Assembly (NCBI GenBank): GCA_945861145.1
Contig: CAMATL010000001.1
Span: 21,003-85,002 of the forward strand
Reading direction: 5' to 3'
DNA: 64,000 bases
Source of the DNA: a candidate division TM6 bacterium GW2011_GWF2_37_49
GTDB lineage: Bacteria > Babelota > Babeliae > Babelales > RVW-14
Position 1 is the stretch's first letter; the number at the start of each line of letters is the position of its first letter. Below the pieces are notes generated by a model. The model was not told where the DNA came from. It did no database searches and saw only the letters and a list, made by a program, of their open reading frames with translations. Position numbers and translations under genes: made by a program. Shown piece by piece: positions 20,116-27,593 of the stretch.

Positions 20116-20322
20116 GTTCATGGATTCGATACATTTTGCTTCACTATGTTACGCAAAACACTCACCACGAACGGAATATTCTAACTATCAAAATTTCTCA
20201 GTACCAAGCTTTTGTAAGATACTAAATTTAAAAAACTCAAAGAATCTATTTTAAGACCCGTTCGTGGTGAGTGATTCCAAGTTGCCAACGGCAACGCAGG
20301 AATTGTATCGAACCATTTGAAC
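20116..20322. repeat. MITE-like element (TTCGATACA...CACTCACC family)
   Basis: The outer arms gttcatggattcgataca (20116..) and tgtatcgaaccatttgaac (..20322) are imperfect inverted repeats. The inner 16-bp inverted repeat is perfect: cactcaccacgaacgg (20159..20174) versus ccgttcgtggtgagtg (20258..20273). Confidence 0.55.
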
Positions 20323-20437
20323 GGGCCACACAAATCAATAATTTCCTACTTATCAAAGAGATCTATTTTCAAACGTCTCAGCTTTGATTAATCTGAATCA
20401 AATATAAACGGCACACCGCAAACAGTGAAGGGTACTC

Positions 20438-22822
20438 ATGCAGTACATCAAATTTTTTGAAGAAGTCGGCATTGACGACGTAGCTCTCGTTGGTGGCAAA
20501 AACGCCTCACTCGGCGAAATGATCAACCATCTCGCGACACAAGGCGTGTCTGTGCCCTCTGGCTTTGCGGTAACAGCTGCCGGCTACCGCTTACACCTCG
20601 ACGAAAATAATCTTACTCAGCGCGTTGCACAGCTTGTTGGTCAAGTAGACAAAAAACATCTTGATCGCCTAGCAATTATTGGGCTCGAGATTCGCACCCT
20701 GATTGGCACAGCCCCACTACCGACCATCCTCGCAGATGAGATGCGCGCAGCATATAAAAAATTAGAAACTCGCTATGGCGCTCAATGCGATGTGGCCGTG
20801 CGTTCATCAGCAACTGCTGAAGATTTACCAGAAGCATCGTTTGCCGGCCAGCAAGACACCTACCTCAATATCAAAGGTGAAACTGAATTGCTTCGCGTAG
20901 CAACCAAAGGCTTTGCATCACTTTTCACCGATCGCGCCATCTCCTACCGGATCGATCATGGTTACGATCACATGGATGTAGCACTCTCACTCGGCGTACA
21001 AAAAATGATTCGCTCAGACATGGGTAGCGCTGGCGTTATTTTTACTCTCGACACAGAAAGCGGCTTTAAAGATGTCATCTTTATCACAGGGGCATATGGC
21101 CTTGGTGAGATGGTAGTGCAAGGCAGCGTTAACCCCGATGAATTTTATGTGCATAAACCAACCCTAGCCAAAGGCTTTCGCCCGCTTCTTAAAAAACGCA
21201 TGGGCAACAAAGAGATCAAACTCATCTACCGCAACAACCCAAAAGAGCCAACAGAGATCGTCAAGGTAGCACCAGAAGACAGCAACCGTTGGGTACTCAA
21301 TGATGACGAAGTCATTGCACTAGCCAAACAGGCGCAAATTATTGAAAATTATTATTCAACGAGGCATGGCTCTTGGATGCCTATGGATATTGAGTGGGCC
21401 AAGGACGGCATCGACGGCAAGCTGTATATCGTGCAAGCGCGACCAGAGACCGTACACTCAAACAACAAACATATTCCCTACGTTGAAGAATTTCACATCA
21501 ATAAAGACAGGGCAGCTACCGTGCTGTGCCAAGGCAAAAGTATCGGGCACCGCGTCAGCCACGGTAAAGCGATCGTTATAGAATCAGCAAGCATGATGGC
21601 GAAAGTGCTGCCAGGCGATATCATCGTCACTGACATGACAGACCCTGACTGGGAGCCAATTATGAAGATCGCCGGCGGCATTATCACTAACCGCGGTGGC
21701 CGCACCTGTCACGCCGCCATCATTAGCCGTGAGCTCGGCATCCCGGCAATTGTTGGCACACTCGATGGCACATCAAAAATTACAAATGGGGCTACGATCA
21801 CACTTGACTGTAGTAGCGGCGAAGTTGGCTATGTCTATGCCGGGGCGATACCATTCACCCATGCAAAAATCGAGATCACAAAACTTGGTACACCACCTGT
21901 AGATATTTTGCTTAATGTGGGCAATCCGGACGAGGCATTCAATTTAGCAAAATTGCCAAACAGCGGCGTGGGCCTTGCTCGTCTTGAATTTATTATCAAT
22001 AACAGCATTCAAATACACCCGATGGCATTGCTCCACCCTGACCGTGTTACCGATAACACCATGCTCGCTAAAATCGACAAGCTCACGCAGGGCTACGCTG
22101 ATAAAAAACAGTTTTTCATCGACAAGTTAGCTCAAGAAACAGGAACCATCGCCGCAGCTTTTTATCCAAAACCCGTAATCATACGCATGTCAGATTTTAA
22201 GAGCAATGAGTACCGCGCACTACTCGGCGGTGTTTTTTTTGAGCCAGAAGAAGAAAATCCAATGATCGGTTTTCGCGGCGCATCTCGTTATTACCACCCC
22301 ACCTACACAGAGGCCTTTGCACTTGAATGCGCCGCTATGAAAAAAATGCGCGATGAAATGGGGCTAACCAATGCAGTGCTTATGATCCCATTTGTTCGCA
22401 CGGTTGATGAAGCAAAACAAGTAGTAGCCATGATGGAGCAATACGGCCTGCGTCGCGGCGAAAATGGCCTCGAGATTTATATGATGTGCGAGATACCATC
22501 CAATGTTTTACTTATCGATAAGTTTGCACAAATCTTTGATGGCTTCTCGATTGGTTCTAACGATTTAACACAAATGACCCTGGCAGTAGATCGCGATTCC
22601 GCACTCGTTGCACCACTATTTGACGAGCGTAACGAGGCAGTAACGATCATGCTACGCCTTGCTATCGAAGGCGCACTCAAGGCTGGCAAAAAAATTGGCA
22701 TCTGCGGCCAAGCACCATCGGATTATCCAGAAGTAGCTGAGTTTCTTGTAAAAACAGGGATCAATTCACTGTCTCTTAACCCAGATTCTGTAATCAAGAT
22801 GTATAATTTATTGGGCAAGTAA
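20438..22822 (+). CDS. ppsA: Phosphoenolpyruvate synthase
   Basis: 794 aa. N-terminus VALVGGKNASLGEMI, swivel His region GGRTCHAAIISRELGIPAIVG, and C-terminal PEP-utilising domain GICGQAPSDYPEVAEFLV. Confidence 0.9.
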   Translation: MQYIKFFEEVGIDDVALVGGKNASLGEMINHLATQGVSVPSGFAVTAAGYRLHLDENNLTQRVAQLVGQVDKKHLDRLAIIGLEIRTLIGTAPLPTILADEMRAAYKKLETRYGAQCDVAVRSSATAEDLPEASFAGQQDTYLNIKGETELLRVATKGFASLFTDRAISYRIDHGYDHMDVALSLGVQKMIRSDMGSAGVIFTLDTESGFKDVIFITGAYGLGEMVVQGSVNPDEFYVHKPTLAKGFRPLLKKRMGNKEIKLIYRNNPKEPTEIVKVAPEDSNRWVLNDDEVIALAKQAQIIENYYSTRHGSWMPMDIEWAKDGIDGKLYIVQARPETVHSNNKHIPYVEEFHINKDRAATVLCQGKSIGHRVSHGKAIVIESASMMAKVLPGDIIVTDMTDPDWEPIMKIAGGIITNRGGRTCHAAIISRELGIPAIVGTLDGTSKITNGATITLDCSSGEVGYVYAGAIPFTHAKIEITKLGTPPVDILLNVGNPDEAFNLAKLPNSGVGLARLEFIINNSIQIHPMALLHPDRVTDNTMLAKIDKLTQGYADKKQFFIDKLAQETGTIAAAFYPKPVIIRMSDFKSNEYRALLGGVFFEPEEENPMIGFRGASRYYHPTYTEAFALECAAMKKMRDEMGLTNAVLMIPFVRTVDEAKQVVAMMEQYGLRRGENGLEIYMMCEIPSNVLLIDKFAQIFDGFSIGSNDLTQMTLAVDRDSALVAPLFDERNEAVTIMLRLAIEGALKAGKKIGICGQAPSDYPEVAEFLVKTGINSLSLNPDSVIKMYNLLGK

Positions 22823-22826
22823 ATCA

Positions 22827-22860
22827 AAGAGGGCACTGGAGATATTTCCAGCGCCCTCTT
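22827..22860 (+). terminator. Rho-independent terminator after ppsA
   Basis: aagagggcactgga / tccagcgccctctt form a 14-bp stem with 1 mismatch and a 6-nt loop, followed by a T-rich stretch. Confidence 0.6.
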
Positions 22861-22885
22861 CTTTGCTTATTAAAAAAATTTTAGC

Positions 22886-23500
22886 TTATGGATTATAGGA
22901 TCGTTGAAGATCCCACTTCTTAATAATAGCTCGAGCAGCATAAACCTTACCATTGATACGACCTGGACAAGTGTCGTTAAGATAAAAGCGATAATTCACG
23001 CCACCAATAGCCAAAACAAAAAATAACAAAATCTGAGCATATTGCTGATCTATACCACCAGCTTGCTGAAGACGCTTATCACGAACTAAAAAAGCTATCA
23101 ATCCCGGATCTGCTTGTAATTGAACTTGAAGATTGGCATTTGCAGCAACCCATGCCTGATTGATAACAACACCGCCAAAATTTACACGACCAGCAGAAAC
23201 GGAACCATCAACAAGGTTGCCTTGCAATGGCCAGCACTGATCATGCTTGACTACCTGCCCACCCAGCGTTGGTAAAATAAAATTTGATGAATTTGCTGGA
23301 TTTGATGTATTGATCAACGCAAATAATTGACCAAGCGTATAAGCCTTACCAGTTGCTGGAATAGCAGGCTTGGCAGCAGCTGGTGCCATAACAACAGCTG
23401 ATTGCCTTGGTGCTGCTGCCATTGCGAATCTGCTCGGCGAAGCAGCGTATGCGCTTGCAAAACTCAGTCCAACCAAAACACTCATTACTATAATCTTCAC
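22886..23500 (-). CDS. Secreted hypothetical protein
   Basis: The GTG at 23500 lies 6 nt after RBS aaggggga (the longest ORF runs to 23551; an alternative ATG is at 23485). Signal peptide VKIIVMSVLVGLSFASAYA. No motif was recognised. Confidence 0.55.
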   Translation of the reverse strand: MKIIVMSVLVGLSFASAYAASPSRFAMAAAPRQSAVVMAPAAAKPAIPATGKAYTLGQLFALINTSNPANSSNFILPTLGGQVVKHDQCWPLQGNLVDGSVSAGRVNFGGVVINQAWVAANANLQVQLQADPGLIAFLVRDKRLQQAGGIDQQYAQILLFFVLAIGGVNYRFYLNDTCPGRINGKVYAARAIIKKWDLQRSYNP

Positions 23501-23758
23501 AATAAATCCCCCTTCATAGAAATTAATACCATTTTGACCTACCCCTATCAATATAAATCTTATTCAATTTTTATGACAAAAAGCAATTATTCTAATAATA
23601 AGTTAAGCACTCTTACCCAACCAATTAATTTCTCGCACATAAAGCCTTCGTAGAATGCGCTTCTGGTGAAGAAAAAAGGCCCTGGAGGCTAAAAATTTGC
23701 TTGCTAGGCAATAGCTTTAGTACTACTATGAAGAGCTGCCTAAACTTGATTAAAAATA

Positions 23759-24073
23759 GTGAAAAGTGACCATATGCCTACTTCCTTAGTCGCCTCTGCC
23801 TTAGGGGGCATTACCATCGGCCTCTTGTATGCATACCTTCTAAAAAGACAAACTAAGTCTTTATTTGAGGGCCTTTCTGGGCAGCCTGGTGGTGGCAATA
23901 AGATGACAGCGATACTCAAACATCTTTTTTTCCTTATGAGCCGCTTTATAATCATCATAGGCCTTATTCTTGCACTTAAATTCACCGGCTATGTAGACTT
24001 ACAAGTGTGCTGTATTTTTGTAGTTTGCGGCTTCCTGATGAGCCTCTTTATTTACACCAAAAGGATGTTATGA
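23759..24073 (+). CDS. Small membrane protein in the AtpI/AtpZ position upstream of atpB
   Basis: Three to four hydrophobic helices. Its stop overlaps the atpB ATG (ATGA at 24070..24073). An alternative start is the ATG at 23774. Confidence 0.5.
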   Translation: MKSDHMPTSLVASALGGITIGLLYAYLLKRQTKSLFEGLSGQPGGGNKMTAILKHLFFLMSRFIIIIGLILALKFTGYVDLQVCCIFVVCGFLMSLFIYTKRML

Positions 24074-24900
24074 ATTTTGATATCTTTAATTATCATCTGA
24101 TACATCCCTTTGAAGCTTTCAACTTTACACACCCATTTTGGACCTTGCACCTCGATACCCTTATCTATACCTGGGCAGCGATGGCGCTTTTTTTTTCTCT
24201 AGTTTTTGTTGCACGCCTAGCTCTAAAGCGAGCGCCCAATAAACTCACTATTCTTTTTGAAACCATTGTGCGCTTCTTTATGAACACAACGCGGGACGCA
24301 TTTGGTTATTTTGAATTTCGCTATTTTGCATTTACAGCGTCACTCTTTTTATTTACTTTTTTTTGCTGTTTTATCGGTGTCTTCCCCTTTTTAGACGAAG
24401 CAACCAAAGATCTCAATACAACCCTAGCCCTTGGCCTTTCAAGCTTTTGTTTTGTTCAATACCAAAAAATTAGAGTTAACGGCCTGCTGGCATACCTCAA
24501 AGAATACCTACATCCCTTCTTTCTTTTGGCTCCTATCAATATTATTGGTGAGCTGGCCAAAATAGCATCAATGTCGTTTCGCCTCTTTGGCAATATCCTT
24601 GGTGGCGGCGTCGTGTTTATGATGCTGGTTGATTTTTTACAAGGCTATGCCTACTATTTTTTCACGCTCGGCATCATCTATTTTGTGGTTCATACAGGGC
24701 TTGATTTTTTCAACGTATTGCCCACTCGAGGCTTTTTTTCTGTTCTTTTAAAAGCAGTTTCTGTAATTATATTTGCTCTTGCCTGGGCACAATTATTTTT
24801 CGGCGTCTTTGAAGGACTGATTCAATCATTTGTCATCATGATGCTCACGCTAACGTATCTTTCTATGGGTATCACACACCAAGATCAACAAGCTCACTAA
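24070..24900 (+). CDS. atpB: F-type ATP synthase Fo subunit a
   Basis: Stator-arginine motif SFRLFGNILGGGVVF and 5-6 TM helices. The ATG at 24070 has RBS aagga and is coupled to the upstream stop. The longest ORF (24007) overlaps the upstream gene. Confidence 0.85.
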   Translation: MNFDIFNYHLIHPFEAFNFTHPFWTLHLDTLIYTWAAMALFFSLVFVARLALKRAPNKLTILFETIVRFFMNTTRDAFGYFEFRYFAFTASLFLFTFFCCFIGVFPFLDEATKDLNTTLALGLSSFCFVQYQKIRVNGLLAYLKEYLHPFFLLAPINIIGELAKIASMSFRLFGNILGGGVVFMMLVDFLQGYAYYFFTLGIIYFVVHTGLDFFNVLPTRGFFSVLLKAVSVIIFALAWAQLFFGVFEGLIQSFVIMMLTLTYLSMGITHQDQQAH

Positions 24901-24911
24901 GGAACACTGTC

Positions 24912-25862
24912 ATGATAAATGCTCAAATTATTCACTACAGTGCTGCGTTTATTACTCTCACGCTAGCGGCACTTGGCGGCGGCGTAGGACAGGGCATTGC
25001 AAGCCTTGCTACAATTGATGCAATTCAACGTCAACCTTGCAGTTATCAACAAAATTTTCGAACCCTCGTTATCGGCCTAGCTCTTATTGAAAGCGGGATA
25101 ATTATAGCGCTGGTTTCAACATTAATGATTATTTTTAGCTCACAGCCGCTCACGATTGGCATAGCCTGCGGGGAGCTTGGCATTGCTGCGGCAATTGGTC
25201 TAGCCGGAGGAGCGGTAAGTATTGCCTCAAGTTTTGTGGTTAAAGCAGCAACTGAAGGCATCGGTAGGCAACCATTTTTTGCTGCAAAAATAACTACCGT
25301 CATGTTGCTAGCACAGTCAATAATGGAAGCCCCACTGATTATTGCATTCATTGTTTCATTGCTCATACGCAATCGCATCAATGCAAACCCTGAGCTTTTA
25401 TACGGACTGCAAGGACTAGCAGCTGGGCTCACTATCGGACTTGGAAGCGTGGGACCATCGATTGGACAGGCAATTTTTACTCAAGCAGCCTGCAAAAGCA
25501 TTAGTGTAAACAAAAACGCTTATAACAAAATTTTTCCATTTATGTTGCTACTTGAAGCGATTATTGAAACGCCTTTTATGTTCTGCCTGCTCATTGCATC
25601 TATGATTTTATTTCGCCCTCTTGATGGCGCAATCTTAAGTGACGCCTTGATTCTTGGAGCTGCAGCTTTTGCAATCAGTATGGGATCTCTCGGAACAGCG
25701 ACCGGCATTGGTTTTACGGCATCAAAAAGCGTCATCAGCCTCGCCCAAAACCCAGACCAATATTCCCTACTCCTAAGAACTACACTGCTCGTGGCGGCCT
25801 TTATTGAATCAGCAATTATCTATGCAATGATTGTTGCGATCATGTTAATCATGGAAGTGTAA
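24912..25862 (+). CDS. atpE: F-type c subunit, four hairpins fused into one 316-aa polypeptide
   Basis: Four consecutive units of about 79 aa each. Each unit has a Gly-rich helix, a polar loop (RQP, RQP, degenerate, QNP) and a helix-2 Glu: E60 (25089..25091), E139, E219, E299. RBS aaggaa. Confidence 0.8.
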   Translation: MINAQIIHYSAAFITLTLAALGGGVGQGIASLATIDAIQRQPCSYQQNFRTLVIGLALIESGIIIALVSTLMIIFSSQPLTIGIACGELGIAAAIGLAGGAVSIASSFVVKAATEGIGRQPFFAAKITTVMLLAQSIMEAPLIIAFIVSLLIRNRINANPELLYGLQGLAAGLTIGLGSVGPSIGQAIFTQAACKSISVNKNAYNKIFPFMLLLEAIIETPFMFCLLIASMILFRPLDGAILSDALILGAAAFAISMGSLGTATGIGFTASKSVISLAQNPDQYSLLLRTTLLVAAFIESAIIYAMIVAIMLIMEV

Positions 25863-25915
25863 GTAAAAAGCAAAATTGAATTCGATTATCAAGAGCCTTC
25901 GCTATGGAGAGTATA

Positions 25916-27067
25916 ATGAAGCAGCTCAATGTATTGTACATACTAACCAAGCTTGAGCTTGGTGGTGCTCAAAAAGTGTGCTTAACACTTCATCAGGGCT
26001 TAGTACGTAATCAGCACAACGCAATGCTCGTGTCTGGTGCCGAGGGCGTACTTGTTGATGAAGCACAAAAAACACCTGGTTGTATTTTTCTAGATTCATT
26101 TAAGCGCGAAATTTCATTTTCTGGATTCATGCATGATTTAAAAACATTTCGCACACTCATTGCATTAATGCGCAACTATAAAAAAATATATCCCGACTTA
26201 ATCGTACACACTCATAGCACAAAAGCTGGTATTATTGGTCGTTGGGCTGCTTTTTTTGCTGGCATTAAAAATCGCGTCCACACGGTACATGGCTTTGGAT
26301 TTCATGATCATCAACGCTTTTTACCATGGCTTACAATCGTTGGAATGGAATGGTTTACTACACTCATCACCACACATCTTATATGCGTCTCAGATAAAGA
26401 TCTCAAACGCGGCAGCAAGCTGCTTCCATTCTTTGCAAAAAAAAGCTCAATTATTCGAGCAGCCGTCACCGATCAGCATTTTATTACCCCTGCCAAACGA
26501 ACAGATACTCATAAAAAACACCTGATCATTGGTGTTATTTCCTGTTTTAAGGCACAAAAAAATTTATTTGATTTGCTAGAAGCTTTTCGCATTGCACGAA
26601 CAACGGCAGCCAAACAAGGTATCGATGCACGCTTAGAAATCGTTGGCGATGGTGAGCAGCGAGGGGCTATTGAGACCTGGATCGCCACGCATAAATATAA
26701 CAATATTATCACTTTGCACGGCTGGCAGGGCGATGTACAAAAATTTTTGCGCCGGTGGGATATTTTTGCTTTAAGTTCACTATGGGAAGGCCTACCATGC
26801 TCGGTCATTGAAGCGCGGCTGGCAGGCCTTGCTGTGGTTGCATATGACGTTGGCGGTATTAGCGAAGTAATTACACATGGCATCAATGGTTTTTTAATTA
26901 CGCCTGGTGATTATACCGCTCTAGCAAGCCACTTAGAAGAACTCGTGTGTAATCAAACATTACGCACACGCTTACAGCAGCACCAAGAAAATCTTACACA
27001 TTTCTCGGCTAGATCAATGATTACCCAACACGAGACGTTATATAAAAAAATTGAAATAACGCGTTAG
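25916..27067 (+). CDS. Glycosyltransferase family 4 (GT-B)
   Basis: N-terminus ILTKLELGGAQKV and C-terminal EGLPCSVIEARLAGLAVVAYDVGGISEVI (E-x7-E region). The ATG at 25916 follows ggaga (the longest ORF starts at 25904). Confidence 0.8.
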   Translation: MKQLNVLYILTKLELGGAQKVCLTLHQGLVRNQHNAMLVSGAEGVLVDEAQKTPGCIFLDSFKREISFSGFMHDLKTFRTLIALMRNYKKIYPDLIVHTHSTKAGIIGRWAAFFAGIKNRVHTVHGFGFHDHQRFLPWLTIVGMEWFTTLITTHLICVSDKDLKRGSKLLPFFAKKSSIIRAAVTDQHFITPAKRTDTHKKHLIIGVISCFKAQKNLFDLLEAFRIARTTAAKQGIDARLEIVGDGEQRGAIETWIATHKYNNIITLHGWQGDVQKFLRRWDIFALSSLWEGLPCSVIEARLAGLAVVAYDVGGISEVITHGINGFLITPGDYTALASHLEELVCNQTLRTRLQQHQENLTHFSARSMITQHETLYKKIEITR

Positions 27068-27182
27068 ATCAACACGTTCACCGTTTTTAGAACTTGTTTT
27101 TGACTTTTAAAATCTCCTTCTGGTAGGATTACGTCAACATTACCAGAGCATCACGTTTAGCTCGAGAAAAAAAGGAGATAGT

Positions 27183-27461
27183 ATGAAGCAATGTATCAAG
27201 ATCATAGTTACTGGACAGGTACAGTCATCGGCATACAAAGAGGCTATTCAAAAACAAGCCCAAAAGCTTCATATTGAGGGCACATTGCAAAATCATGAAG
27301 AGGTTGATCTTCTCATTTTTGCGTGTGGTCAATCAGACGGCCTGGACGAATTAATTGATGAAATCTACAAAGGCACAAGCGATATTAAAATTCGCGATGT
27401 CATTATAGAGCCTTTCATCAACGAAAAAAATTATCGCGGGGTTTTTCGTATAATTGGTTAA
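27183..27461 (+). CDS. Acylphosphatase-like protein
   Basis: 92 aa. IIVTGQVQSSAYKEAIQKQAQKLHIEGTLQN parallels the V-x-G-x-V-Q-G-V-x-F-R ... G-x-V-x-N pattern, although the phosphate-binding loop is degenerate. RBS aaggaga. Confidence 0.45.
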   Translation: MKQCIKIIVTGQVQSSAYKEAIQKQAQKLHIEGTLQNHEEVDLLIFACGQSDGLDELIDEIYKGTSDIKIRDVIIEPFINEKNYRGVFRIIG

Positions 27462-27593
27462 ATTGCTTTATTCGCCGCATGCTTCTTACGTAGCTATGAT
27501 CAGCCTGTACTAAAAATCAAATTTCCTTTCAAACCCCCCGGAAAATAGTAGGCTGTAGAAAATAATTGTTAACCTTTTCGGGAATCAAAGCCT

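Noticed and set aside
20257-20330. GGTTCGATAC motif in family-2 repeats (also at 39480) as a possible tRNA T-arm
   Set aside because: No flanking 5-bp T-stem, acceptor stem or anticodon arm could be drawn. The motif recurs as part of a dispersed repeat.
24007-24069. N-terminal extensions of the longest ORFs for atpB (24007), tpiA (37427), secG (38274), the aldolase (57789) and the 22886 gene (23551)
   Set aside because: Internal starts have good RBSs, match the family N-termini and remove overlaps with neighbouring genes. The extensions add non-conserved residues.
23759-25862. Calling the a/c module V-type or N-ATPase
   Set aside because: The loops carry the F-type RQP motif and subunit a has the F-type RLFGN stator motif. 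The N-ATPase operon signature (atpD-C-Q-R upstream) is absent.
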